NCBI GenBank assembly: GCA_951406725.2
Contig: OX597814.1
Coordinates: forward strand, 111,848,001 to 111,912,000
Reading direction: 5' to 3'
Source: Octopus vulgaris
Taxonomy: Eukaryota
DNA length: 64,000 bases
Shown here: positions 12,745 through 26,303 of the stretch, piece by piece
Layout of the letters: each line of letters starts with the position of its first letter
Position numbering within the stretch: the stretch's first letter is position 1
Position numbers and translations under genes: made by a program
Notes under the pieces: model-generated
Told to the model about the DNA's origin: nothing
What the model saw: only the letters and a program-made list of their open reading frames with translations
Database searches by the model: none

Positions 12745-13520
12745 GTGACTGATGTATGTCATTTTTGTATCCCCTCCATTTTCTTTTCGCCGTGTGTGTG
12801 TATATATATATATATATATGATACATATATATGTGCGTGTGTGTGTGTATGTATGTTCCTAAAAGCAAGAGAAAATTTCCGTACAGATATATGTGTACAA
12901 ACACACACACACGCACACACACACACCCACACCCACACACACACGCACACACACACATTACATTTTTATACACTCTCATCCATAGACATGTTTGTGTATA
13001 TTACTATTGCATAACTTTTGTCTAGACACATCAGTTGTTCTTTTCTTACCTGGTTACACAAGATCTTGGCTGGCTGCTTCCACCTGTCCACCTGTCTCTT
13101 ATTTTGCATGATGTCACCATTTACCAGATGCTACAGGTGTAGCTTTATTTCTCAGTGGAATCTCGCCGCCCGATTGGATAGGGGACCTGACCCCTCTTCG
13201 GTGATCCCTCAAGACTCTGCCCTGCCAGCTGAGGTAAAATCCTGTATTTTTTCCTCCTACCACTCCAACCGTTTCTGAATAGTGGACCTAATTACTTTAG
13301 GGTTTCGAGAAACCTATTTTGGGCACCAGAGTTCCTGTTACAATCATCATCAATATCATTATTAAAAGAATCAACAGACACACCTGTCCAATACAGGTAA
13401 AATCAAAGTCATCATTGTCCCCATTATAACACTATACCAAAATCTACACCTGGACTCAAATTACATATCCATCATAAATAAATACAGTTTCTTTTATTTT
13501 AATATTTTGTTTTTAAATTC

Positions 13521-13918
13521 AAGGCGGTGAGCTGACAGAAACGTTAGCACACCGGGCGAAATGCTTAGCGACATTTCGTCTGTCTATACGTTCTGAGTTC
13601 GGGGTCGATAAATCAAGTACCAATTGAACACTGGGGTCGATCTAATCGACTGGCTTCCTCCCCCAAAGTTTCGGGCCTTGTGCCTTGAGTAGAAAAGGAT
13701 ATTTCTATATTCAAAGGCGGCGAGCTGGCAGAAACGTTAGCTCACTGGGCGAAATGCTTGGCGGTATTTCGTCTGCCGCTAGATTCTGAGTTCAAATTCC
13801 ACCGAGGTGGAATAATAAGTACCAGTTACGCACTGGAGTCGATATAATCGACTTAATCTGTTTGTCTGTCCTTGTTTGTCCCCTCTGTGAGTAGCCCATT
13901 GTGGGCAGTGAAGAAATA
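13521..13918 (+). mobile_element. Two tandem SINE family A copies (13521-13700 tail type 2; 13714-13918 tail type 1)
   Basis: Both start aaggcgg(t/c)gagctg(a/g)cagaaacgttagc; the second retains the B-box-like gagttcaaattcc. They end in two distinct 3' tails. Confidence 0.85.
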
Positions 13919-14419
13919 ACAAGTAAGTGTGTGTGAAAAACAAAATAGGAATTTTGAAGGAAATACCAATAAAACTAATTTTTAAACATCAAATGTCTGA
14001 TGATGAAGGAAAGTAAAATGGTAATCAAAAAATTCCATTGTTTCAAAATGGTTAAGAATCATTGCTCTAGTCGAGAAGCATTAATAACCATTTACAATTC
14101 ATCCTGTGTTCTGTTTCTCTTAACCGTACGAGTTATATGTCTGATACGTTGATAGATATAAATATTCAGTGTTCTTGTTTGTTTATTTTCGTATACATAT
14201 TATTGTCCTGTTCTGTTCTACTCCCAGCCCGCCATTCTGAAGCAAGCGAGTCATTCTGTTGCTAATGTACCGTATTTGCTTTGATCTTCAGTCTAAGGAA
14301 TTTCTTTCCCTTCCTTACTTATATCTTGTCTTATCTCTTTTACCTGTTGACCTCGTTTGATTTGTCCTTTGTATTCCTCCATTTTAATCGTGAAGTTACG
14401 CTACGATTTCGCCACACAC

Positions 14420-14473
<54 letters not shown>

Positions 14474-14475
14474 CC

Positions 14476-14627
<152 letters not shown>

Positions 14628-14885
14628 AAATTGAATAAGGGTAGAAATTGATATTAATGAATTAAAACCAGTGGCCTAGCATATTAAAAAAATCCGAAGA
14701 TTAAAATATTTTTTACATACAAAATTTAAAGAACTGACCTCTAAAAGTAGACAGTCAATATGCTAGATATAGACGTCAAACTCGCTATTTTCCACGAAGA
14801 ATGTGTTCTCAAGAAAAAACTCAGCAAAAAACCAAAGTGTAAAAAAACAAGACAAATGAAAATATACGAAATAAAAAACGATTAC

Positions 14886-14960
14886 TTATGTACTAATCAG
14901 TTTCACTTGTTAATATTCACGTATATGTATACGCGAACATCTGCAAGATCATCAGCATAG
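14886..14960 (-). ncRNA. Type I hammerhead ribozyme motif, intact core
   Basis: Minus strand: CUAUG CUGAUGA U-CUUG...long stem II...CAAG-U GAAA CU-GAUU-AG UA | CAUAA. Stem I is UAUG/CAUA and the cleavage triplet is GUA. Confidence 0.7.
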
Positions 14961-15019
14961 TCTGTCGTTTACAAACATAATTTCCAGAACTGTGGTTTTT
15001 TGCTATCTATCTATCTATC

Positions 15020-15316
<297 letters not shown>

Positions 15317-15319
15317 ATC

Positions 15320-15862
15320 TGGTGGACGCGCCTAAAAGGATTAGCGACAAATACTTTCCTCTCTGGTCAATCTCTCATCAACTTCTTCAAGTATCACTTG
15401 AAGAGGAAAGTGAGAGAAGAGAGGCAAGTTTTGTCTATTGAATGTTTTTTTTTTAAAAAAAGGTGAATGTAGCAAGGATGGCACGTATGAATGACGAAGC
15501 CACCTTGACCATGATCCTATGAACCGTAAAAATTAATACAGAGAGTTACTTATTTGTAAAAAATATAACATGTGACTTCATTGACCGAGGTTACCGTGGT
15601 CTTTTCCGTAGGCTTTTCTTTCCACGGGTAAACCTCACCTGTCCTCCCCTTTACACTTTATATTGACATTTCTGTGATAACGATCCCTATTGATCGATTT
15701 TTTTCTTTTTCCTTTTATCCCTCACCTGTTTTTGCTTTCCTCTTTCTTTCCTTTTACGATCCCTTTTGATCGAAACCAAACCCCCTTTTTTTTATCCCCA
15801 AAAAGAAAAGCTCTGTAATTTGTCTCGTCTGTGTGCAGCCCTGTGTGGCTAATAAAGAAACA
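15320..15862 (+). mobile_element. Tx1/L1-like LINE 3' fragment
   Basis: Encodes WWTRLKGLATNTFLSGQSLINFFKYHLKRKVREE. The 3' UTR is homologous to 47014-47526, and the fragment is embedded in (CTAT)n on both sides. Confidence 0.75.
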
Positions 15863-16038
<176 letters not shown>

Positions 16039-17668
16039 CGCTTCGAGGGAGATTTAACTGCTTTTAGCAGGTCGGAAAGGCCCCTTCGTTGGTTCGCATT
16101 CAGAAACGCGAACCAACCTTAATTGTCTTTTCTCGTCTACTTTGAGGAAATAGCCAGCAAAATCGAATCAGAATAATTTGAGGGAAAATGGTGGTTGAGA
16201 TGAAGGTAAACCACAAAGAAAACGTGACTTTTCAGACGACACATTTACGGAACTTTACGAAGAAAGGCGAAATATGCAAACGATTTTAAGATATGTAAAA
16301 GATTTAGCTCCAATTTGAAGGTGAAAAAGAAAGGAAAAAAGAAAGCTGTGCCGATATTCTTTTTTTTTATTATTTTGACTGTATGTAGAGGAGCATACAC
16401 AGAGACTGGCGATATATCACGTGAGGTAATGGTCTGTGAACCATGTCAGAGGAAATGGACTGAATCCTCCCCCTCCCTTTTCCTCCTTCGTTATTTTCGT
16501 TCATTTTTACCAGACAATTTTGACGACAGCACGTTCTTTCTTTGCTTTGATCAACTCGGTATAATTACTTTGAAACAGAGCAGAGAAAAGGTGGAGATAA
16601 AGAGAGAATAGGAAGAGAGAACGAGGTGAGATGGGGGTGAGGGAAGAGGCAGATAGGAACGAGTGAAATAAAAGAGAAAGAGAGAGTAAACGAGAATGTG
16701 AAGAAAGAACAATGAGAAGTTGTACTGAATTCGTTAGTTGATGGTGATTATACGCAGTTGTTTGCTTGTTTTAAGTTCAACCGTTTAAAATCATTGGTTA
16801 AATTGTTTTAGTGGACAAGTTGGAGACAGTGAAAGGAATAATTGGAAACAAGGAAACACTAATGGAAAAAGAAAAAAAAAGAAGGAAATATGAGAATAAA
16901 TAAATAAATAATAATAGTTGAAATAATGATGATGATGATGATGATGATGATAGCAAATGAAGAATTTTGTAAAAATATTCATTCGAGTCGACTTCAAAAT
17001 TGGTTTTAATAGGTGCAAACATGGCTGTGTGGTTAAGAAGCTCGCACTGCAACGACGTGGTTTCAGGTTCAGTACCACAGCAGAGCAACTCGAGCTAGTG
17101 TCTTCTATTGTAGCTTGTGAACGGATTTAGTAGGCGGAAGAAGCGCTCATGTATACGTACATACATACATACATACATACATACATACATACATACATAC
17201 ATGTTTGGGACAGAGGGGCAAAGGTATGTACCATCATAGAGGTCAGCTGCCCTGCAGATATAACTATCTCTTTGAAAATCAAAGGAAAAGAGGATATTTA
17301 TGGACAACTCGTTCGAAACCTCTAGCATCTATATCCAGACAATGAATTCATATTCACACCAATAATAATTAGAGGACTAGGTTTTGTTAGTAAATGCTTA
17401 AAAGAGAATCTGGGTAAACTGGGATTTTCAGAAAGAGAAATCGACTGGCTAATTCGTACAAGTCCAATCTGTGAGTAGAACAGTAAAAATATGCAAGACT
17501 TTTCTCAAGTTCCAAATGTGAATTTGTCTGTTAACTACATCTCAAAGATGGGGTCTTGTATCTTTGTTGGAAACCAGCTCCCTCCTCAGTGGAAGATTTA
17601 TAATAATTAAAAAATAGAAGAGACATACATACATACATACATACATACATACATACATACATACATAC

Positions 17669-17818
17669 GCTGTGTGGTAAGAAGCTTGCTTCCCAACCAC
17701 ATCGTTCTAGTTCAGTCTCACTGCATGGCACCTTGTGCATATGTCTTCTGCTATAGCCTCAAGCCGACCAAAGCCTTGTGAGTGGATTTGGTAGACGGAA
17801 ACTGAAAGAAGCCTGTTG

Positions 17819-17868
<50 letters not shown>

Positions 17869-18050
17869 AGTGTGTGCATGTATGTATTTGTGTATGTGTC
17901 TGTGCTTGTCCCCACCATCGCTTGACAACTGATGTTGGTGTGTTTACGTCCCTGTAACTTGGCAGTTTGGCAAAAAAGCCCGATAGAATAAGTTCTAGGC
18001 TGAAAGTAAATGACTGAAACAAGTAAAAGAATAAAAGAAAAAAGAAAAGA
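17669..18050 (+). mobile_element. SINE family B (CORE-like)
   Basis: tRNA-like head remnant, ggcaccttg core, internal (TA)/(TG) microsatellite and family tail. Confidence 0.8.
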
Positions 18051-18201
18051 ATATATATATGCACACACACACACACACACACACATGTATGTATATATGC
18101 GTTAATATCAAGCAGTGAGAATAAGTGATGAATACCAAATTGGTGGATAAATATACTTTATTTGTAGGTTAATCAGGCTACCATCGCTTTCATGCCAAGA
18201 A

Positions 18202-18339
18202 AGATATCTCTTAGCTATTATCAAACCACTCACATGGAACGTTGGTTTTCGTCTCCATCTTGGATAAAAACACCCATCCATGATGGAGACGAGCTCCAAC
18301 GTTTCATGTGACTGGCTTGATAATTGCTAAGAGATATCT
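18202..18339. repeat. 64-bp inverted repeat with 10-nt loop
   Basis: 18202-18265 pairs with 18276-18339; 56 of 64 positions are complementary by eye. Confidence 0.9.
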
Positions 18340-18569
18340 CTCTTACCATAAAATGAATGGAGGGCATCCTCCCACACGCACCCCAGTCGCTACTTAGAGC
18401 ATAACAGCCACTTAGAGGTTCGGCAAAAAGTGACCAATAAAATAAGTACTACACTAAAAAGGAAGTACTAGGGTCGATTCGCTCAACTAAAAATTCTTCA
18501 AAGAAGGGCCACAGCATGGCCGCAGTCTAAAGTCTGAAACAAGTAAGAAAGACAAAAATCATACTTAGA

Positions 18570-18624
<55 letters not shown>

Positions 18625-18874
18625 AGAAAGAGAGAAGAGAAAGAAGGAGAGAAGATATTTGTACAACAAAATCACTAAAAAATCGACGTCTCCTTTGGAT
18701 AAAATGTTCTCAAACATCACTGCCACGTCATCACAGCTGCAGCATAACCTCCACAATATCACCATTACAACAAGAGCAGAGTCGAATAATAGGTATTATG
18801 TACACCTGGGAACTTCTGCGTAGAAACATAGCCCCAGGAAAATAAAATAGGATAACCAACGAGTTTTAATACTG

Positions 18875-19045
18875 AAATAGGACAAAATAGGACATAGGAC
18901 AAAATGGGACTAAATATAACGAGATATAGTGAAATAGGACAAAATAGGGCAGACATATCACAAGATATGGTGATAATAAAATAGGACTAAATAGGACAAA
19001 AATATCACGAGATATAGTAAAATAGGACAAAATAGGAAAATTATC
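18875..19045. repeat. Degenerate AAATAGGACA-based minisatellite
   Basis: Repeated aaataggac units interspersed with atatcacgagatatagt. Confidence 0.7.
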
Positions 19046-19165
19046 AGAAAAAAATTTCAGAAAAATTCGAAAAATTATCCAAAAACTTACAATATTTAAT
19101 CATATCGAAGGGAAATGGAAATTTATAGAAATTTTCACTTCCAAAGACTATGTATCACTCATAAA

Positions 19166-19707
19166 ATATAGTGTACATTTAAACACATAAGGAATCCATT
19201 CGTGGGATTCAACACGCTAGAAAGAACAGCTAGGTTCTATAACCACAAAATTAGGGATAAAATCCCAACAAAAACGAAATGAAAAAATAAAAACTTTTAC
19301 CATCTAGTTTCCAATTGGTTTCTGAATTTTGTATTGTAAGTTTTGGATAATTTTTTGACTTAAAAGTTGGCATTTTTTTATTGCCGATGAGGGGCTGCAT
19401 CTGCGTAGTAGATTTTGAAAAAATTCGGATGTATAAACAAGAGGCACATAGTTGATTGCCTCGTGTTTTATATATTTAATCTAAGATGTACCTGTTGACG
19501 AAGATTTCACCTAGAGAATATTATTTATTTGCTAAACTAAAATCAGAAACCAATTGGTCCAGGAAATTATTTGGTAAAAGTTTTAAATTTTTCATTTCGT
19601 TCCTGTCGGGATTTTATCCCTAATTTTGTGGTTATAGAACCTAGCTGTTCTTTCTAACGTGTTGAATCCCACGAGTGGATTCCTTATGTGCTTGAATGGA
19701 CACTGTA
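19166..19707. mobile_element. Head-to-head inverted PLE pLTR-like element with HHR (19491-19563, + strand)
   Basis: Arms at about 19166-19330 and 19539-19707. The HHR reads CCUG UUGACGA A-GAUUU...AAAUC-A GAAA CC-AAUU-GG UC | CAGG. Confidence 0.65.
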
Positions 19708-19794
19708 TATATATATATATATATATGTAGGTCCCGGGTTGAGTCGGGGTTAACCACAGTAAATAAGGTACTCAATACATAGCAGAGTAAATTA

Positions 19795-19883
19795 ATTTAT
19801 TTTATAGGAGCTTCTACAGGACTAGAACTGTTTCATTCAAATGAAACTTCTAGTCCTGTAGAAACTCCTTCTATAAAATAAAT
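19795..19883. repeat. ~42-bp arm palindrome with TCAA loop between (TA)n tracts
   Basis: atttattttatag...ttctacaggactagaa..tttcat TCAA atgaaa..ttctagtcctgtagaa...ctataaaataaat. Confidence 0.85.
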
Positions 19884-21264
19884 ATATATATATATATATA
19901 TGGTTAACTCAGCCTGAAGAGCTAGATTCCCGTAAGAAACTTACAAACCATAAGTTGCTTGGGATCTGAATCAAACTGGTGTGCGTTTAAGTTTGTCTCT
20001 CATACTGCTTAACTGCTGTTGGTTTGTTTACATCCCATACATTAGCGGTTCGTTGGCAAAGACAGAAAAAATAACTACAAGGCTGAGGGAAATAAGAACT
20101 GGAGTTGATTTCTTCAACTAAAACTTTCATACTGTATAGGTCTTATGCGGAAGGCGTCTTTGGGAAATGTTTTAATCTCATGTATACCATCATTCACTGG
20201 TATCGTTAAAAATTTAAAGTACAACAAATTGTTTGATGATGAAGTTGGTTGTGATGGTGGTCTTTGTAGGGATGGTATTGGTGTTGGTGTTGGTGGTGAT
20301 GGCGATAATGATGGTTGAGGAGATGGCGTTGGTGACGGTTATGATGGAGTTGGAGTAAGAGGTACCAACTCACTGGATTTCAGCTGCTGACTAAAGTTCT
20401 CTGTTAGAGACAATGGATGAGCGTGTGGTGGCGGGGCAGTGAGTGGGGTAGTGGAGAAAGTGATGGTGGTGGAGAGAGTGGTAGCGGTGGAGGGAGTGGT
20501 GGCGGTGCAGTGAGTGGGATAGTGGAGGAAGTGGTGGCGGTAGAGAGAGTGATGGTGGTGGAGAGAGTGGTGGCGAGAGTGATGGCGGTAGAGAGAGTGG
20601 TGGCGGTGGAGAGAGTGGTGGTGGAGAGCTTGGTGGCGGTGGAGAAGTTATGGCGGTGGAGAGAGTGGTGGTGGTGTTAGTCTAGAGCGTATTGGCGGTG
20701 GAGTGAGTGGTACCGGTGGAGAATGTGGTGGTGGTGGAGAGAATGGGTAATAATTTAGAGACATTGAAAGTTTAATAATGATTACAGAACTGTGACGGAG
20801 GAGGTCGTACATACGAGTGGGGGAGGGTGTAGTTAAGAAGTCAGAAGGAAGAGAGGAAGGAGGAAGAAAGGGAGAAAGCGAGGGGGAGAGAGAAAAAGTG
20901 AGGGCAAGTGAGTGAGAGAGAAAAAGGGAAAAAAAGAGGGGTGAAAGGAAGAAATAAAGGGAAAATGAGATAAAGAGAGTGAGAGAGAAAGGGGGAGAGA
21001 GAAAAAGGAGAGAAAGAGGGAGAGATAAAGGAGAGAGAGAGAGAGAGTGAGCGAGAAAGGAAGAGGAGAGAGAGAAAGAGAGAGAGAGAGAAAAAGAGAG
21101 GGAGAGTCGGGGTGAGAAAGAAACGCTACCACATTACCCATCCCCACTTATGCTACCACCGTCACCATCACTACAACCAACAACAATAACAGTAACAAAC
21201 TACTATAACACCCTAATTACCAGCCGATCTTACATATAAACAACAACCAGCACCACTACCACCG

Positions 21265-21326
<62 letters not shown>

Positions 21327-21378
21327 ACTGCTTCTACTACTACTACTTCTACTATTACTACTACTGCTGCTGCTTCTT

Positions 21379-21416
<38 letters not shown>

Positions 21417-21498
21417 GCTGTTACTACTACTACTGCTGTTGCTGCTGCTACTACTACTACTACTACTACTACTGCTACTACTACTGCTACTACTACTG

Positions 21499-21530
<32 letters not shown>

Positions 21531-21564
21531 GCTACTACTGCTACTACTACTGCTACTACTACTG

Positions 21565-21625
<61 letters not shown>
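21265..21625. repeat. (CTA/CTG)n trinucleotide tract
   Basis: Seen directly; lies within low-complexity region 20430-22640. Confidence 0.95.
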
Positions 21626-23072
21626 AAGCGCTGCAATTATCTCTATTACTCAAATGCCCAGTGCCTCAAACATTACCTCTATTCTCCTCTTTCGTCCCTT
21701 CCACCGCTGCCGCCGCCGCCACCGCCACCGCCACCACCACAACTACCACCACCACCACCACCACCACTTCCACCTAATGTATCTAGCCACCCCCGACACA
21801 ATCGGCATTATTTACACACCCTTGATGAAGACGACGCCGATCAACACCGCCATTAATACATCTTCGCGCCACCCCGCAACCTGACCCCAACAACTATAGC
21901 AACAACACCATTTCATAAAGCAACAAGAACACCAAGGTTCCCCCCGCCTCCCCGTTGTTAATCATCCCTCTTAATACCTCTACTACCACCGACGCCAATC
22001 ACCCCTCCCACCACCACCACTAGCATTACGACTACCATTTTATAATGTGTACCCCGCCTATTTCGTCCCACTTTGCTAATGACCACCACTATCAATATTT
22101 TCGCTGCCACCGACACCGACGCCAAACTCCACCACCACCACCACTACCACCTGTACCATCGCTATCACCATCGTCACCCCAATTTTATATTATCCTCTCC
22201 TGCTTCGCCACCCTCATTACTAATCATCGTCCCTCTCAATAATACCTCCACACCCGAAGACGCCAATGACCAGCACGAGCGCCAGCACCACCCCTGCAAC
22301 TGCCGCCACCACCACTATCATCACTACTAGCCTCACCACCATCACCACCACCACCACCACCACCACCACCACCACCACCACCACCTCCACCACCACCTCC
22401 ACCAATACCACTTCCTTACTGCTAGTACCATCATCAGTACTACCTCCACCACCTCAACCATCACAACCACCACAGTCACCACCATCACCACCACCACCAC
22501 CACCACCACCACCATCACCACAACCAAAACCACTGCTACCATTACCAACATCAATACTACCACCACCACCACCACCACCACCATCACCACCACCACAATC
22601 ACCAACACCACCGCTACCATTGCCATCACTATCACCACTACCACTTTATAATAGGCCCAGACCCCTCATTGCTAATCACCACCCCTATTAATAAATAATA
22701 CCTCCACAACGAAAGACGCCAATCTACCCTACCCCTACCGATCACTCCACCCTTCACCTGTCCGCCCTCCACCGCCCCCTATAACAACCCATGCCGCTAC
22801 TTAGCGGCAGAGTGACCCAAAGTGTACCCAGATCTCCCTTATCTGTTGTCGGGAGACAGAGAGGAGATAATTTGGGTTAAGGTTGCAGGAATCTGGAGCC
22901 GAACCGCTCAGCCAGACACGGCTAATGCCAAATCTAATAAACCAATCTTCGTTTTATAGGGAGCCTCTTAACCGTATATAGAAAGGATTTCCGTGTTTTG
23001 GTAGGGCTTCGAAAATTAAAGGGAGTTCTGGCAATAATAATATACATCCCTTGATACATGGACACACACGCG

Positions 23073-23103
<31 letters not shown>

Positions 23104-23627
23104 AGATACACACATACGCACGCACACTCACAGAGAAACACACACGCACGCACACACACATGCACACAAACACACACATGCACGCAAACACACACAGAGA
23201 AACACATACGGATGCACACTCACACACACACACACACACACGTACACACACACACACACGAAAACAGATACTCACACACACAAAGAAACACATACGCACA
23301 CAAACACGCATACACACGCGCGAACATATTCACACACATTGTTTACATACACATGCATGCATATATAAGTGTGTATGAGTGTGTATGTGTGTGTGTGTGT
23401 GTGTGTGCCTGTGCTTGTCTTCCACTACCGATTAACAACCGGTGTCGGTGTGTTTACGTCCCCGCAATTTAGCGGTTCGGGAAAAGAAACCAATCAATTA
23501 AGTACCAGGTTTAAAAATGCACTGGTGTCGATTCATTGGACTAGAAATTTCTTCGAAGTGGTGCCCCAGCATGGCCACAGTCTAATTACTGAAACAAAAG
23601 AGAAAAGCTATGTATAATATAATTAAT

Positions 23628-23795
23628 TAGGCGCAGTGGTAGCTGTGTGGTAAGAAACTTGCCCCCCCAACCACATGATTCCAGGTTCAGTCCCACTGTG
23701 TGGCACTTCGGGCAGGTGTCTTCTACTATAGCCTCGGGCCGACCAAAGACTTGTGAATGGATTTGGTAGACGGAAACTGAAAGAAGCCCGTTGTG

Positions 23796-23871
<76 letters not shown>

Positions 23872-24097
23872 GTGTGCGTGTGTATATTTGTATGTCTGTG
23901 TTTGTTCCCCCACCATTCTCGACAACCGATGCTGGTGTATTTACGTCCCCGTAACAATAGCGGTTCGGCGAAACAGACCGATAGAATAAGTACTAGGTTT
24001 ACAAAGAATAAGTCTTGGAGTCGATTTGTTAGACTTAAGGTGGTGCTCCAGCATGGCTGCAGTCAAATGACTAAAACATGTAAAAGAATAAAAGAAA
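23628..24097 (+). mobile_element. SINE family B, full length (a 3' half copy precedes it at about 23400-23605)
   Basis: taggcgcag head with A/B-box-like motifs (ggttcagtccc), CORE-like ggcacttcgggcagg, internal microsatellite and tail. Confidence 0.85.
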
Positions 24098-24102
24098 TAA
24101 TA

Positions 24103-24612
24103 AATATCCCTTTATGGCGACCCGAACGGGAGGCTGTCCTCTCAACCAATACACTGCTGTGGATGTATGGATGACGGATTCTGGTGATGAAGTTATTCCA
24201 TGCTTTCCCATTCATGGCATTGGCCTTAGCATGCTCGCGGTCGAGGCGTTGCAGTTTTAGGGTCTTCCTCAATTTGTTTCGCCCATTTCTTTGGTACGCT
24301 CTACTGAAATTCTCCAGTGGGTGGATCGCTTTCCCAGAAATGCTAGTGTGGTAGTCTTTCGGTGCTCGTACTACAGACGTGGCCAAACAACTGTAGCCTG
24401 CGCAGCCGGACTTGGTCTTGAATGGTTGGCTGCTGCGCTGGCATTGTTCCGAGATGCTGCTGTTTGAGATTCGGTCGTATAGCGACAACAAGGATCTGAC
24501 GAAGACACCGCGTTTGGAACTCCCTGAGTTTGATCAAGTCCTGCTTGAGGAAGGGGATCATAGCAGCTTTTGTCAAATGTCGCCACGAAACAGGAGGTAG
24601 AGGCCAAAAACT
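24103..24612 (-). mobile_element. RTE-like LINE 3' remnant
   Basis: Peptides KLREFQTRCLRQIL and IQDQVRLRRLQLFGHV match the RTE C-terminal RL+WFGHV motif. Confidence 0.65.
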
Positions 24613-24675
24613 TATACACTACAATTCGTATATATAACAGTACGGAAGATGGAAATATAAATTAAAGTAATATAG

Positions 24676-24887
24676 ATTTCAAATTTTGACACAAGACCAG
24701 TAATTTCGGAAGAGGAGCTAAGTCGATAACATCACCCCTGTGCCCAACTGATACTTATTTTAAGAAGCCTGAAAAGATGAAAGGCAAAGCCGACGTCGGT
24801 GGAATTTGAACTCAGAACGTAAAGACGGACGAAATACTGCTCAGCATTTTGCCCGGTTTGCTAACGATTCTGCCAGCTCGTCGCTTT
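24676..24887 (-). mobile_element. SINE family A
   Basis: Reverse complement of the family A head, core and tail type 2. Confidence 0.8.
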
Positions 24888-25492
24888 ATAAAGTTACAGT
24901 AACATAAAAGACAAACTCATCCTTAATATAATGCACACACATACATCGCATACGCAAATACACACACATAATTATCTAAATTTCCTCTCAGTTTTTGTCT
25001 GCAAAATTTTCACATAATGGCCGCCAGCCAAATTTCTACGGAGTTCCTATCTATTAAATCTTCACAGAGTTTCTGCCTCTCTCTTCCAAATTTTCTACGC
25101 AGTTTCTGTCCAAAAAACTCTCAGCTTCTGTCTATTAAATCTCCACACAATTTCCGCCTTTGTTCACAAAATTTCCTCTATTTCCGAACACCACAGTTCT
25201 CCCACAAATGGTTCGTCGATAGAGAGAGATACAATTACAGAAGACAGCTAAGTACTGTGCAGTGTGGCTCTAACGCGAAATAAGGGGATTGCAAAGCGAA
25301 CTTCACGACCACACAAACACCATTACGGCTAGTAGATTGATCATATGTGTAGTGAAATGCAGTCCAGCCATGACCATCTCAACTTTTTACTTTCAGCGAA
25401 GTGCATTTCAACTACGTAGTGTGCAATGTTATCATCCTGTTATTTAAAGTTCAATATTATTTGAGCCAGATTTTTCTACTGTTTTTAGTAAG

Positions 25493-25965
25493 TACAACGA
25501 CCACGTAGAGGCACAATGGCCACGTAGAGGCACAATGGCCACGTAGAGGCACAATGACCAAATAGAGGCACAGTGACCACGTAGAGCCACAACGACTACG
25601 TAGAGGCACAATGACCACGTAGAGGCACAATGACCACGTAGAGGCACAGTGACCACGTAGAGGCACAGTGACCACGTAGAGGCACAATGACCACGTAGAG
25701 GCACAATGGCCACGTAGAAGCACAATGACCAAATAGAGGCATAGTGATCACGTAGACCCACAACGACCACGTAGAGGCACAATTACCACGTAGAGGCACA
25801 ATGACCAAATAGAGGCACAATGACCACGTAGAGGCACAATGACCAAGTATAGGTAAAATGACCACATAGAAGCACAATGACCAAATAGAGGCACAGTGAC
25901 CACGTAGAGGCACAACGACCACGTAGATCCACAATGACCCCGTAGAGCCACAATGACCACGTAGA
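25493..25965. repeat. 19-bp minisatellite, about 25 copies (ACCACGTAGAGGCACAATG)
   Basis: The 19-bp period is seen directly, with no spacers. Confidence 0.95.
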
Positions 25966-26012
25966 TGTTGGTAAGGTGGCTCCTCAGTGTTTTAGAGTGT
26001 TTTGTATGCAAT

Positions 26013-26224
26013 AATCCTTTCTATTATAAGGACAAGGCCCGAAGTTTTGGGGGAGGAGATGAGTCGATTACATCGACCCCAGAATTTCACTGGTACTTAA
26101 TTTATCGACCCCGAAAGGATGAAGGGCAAAAGTCGACCTCGGCGAAATTTGAACTCAGAACGAAGCTACGGGCGAAATACCGTCAAGCATTATCGTCCAG
26201 CGTGCTAACGACTCTGCCAGCTCG
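26013..26224 (-). mobile_element. SINE family A
   Basis: Reverse complement of family A. Confidence 0.8.
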
Positions 26225-26303
26225 AAGGTGTTTAGAGTAAGAACGTGATTGCTGACAATCACCACGATCACAACACAGCGATAAAACAACAATAACAATG
26301 ACA

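Noticed and set aside
13282-13357. Additional HHR on the minus strand (UUGAUGA...GAAAC...GUC)
   Set aside because: Stems I and II cannot be paired convincingly.
25493-25965. CRISPR array
   Set aside because: Contiguous tandem units without unique spacers, no cas genes, and a eukaryotic context.
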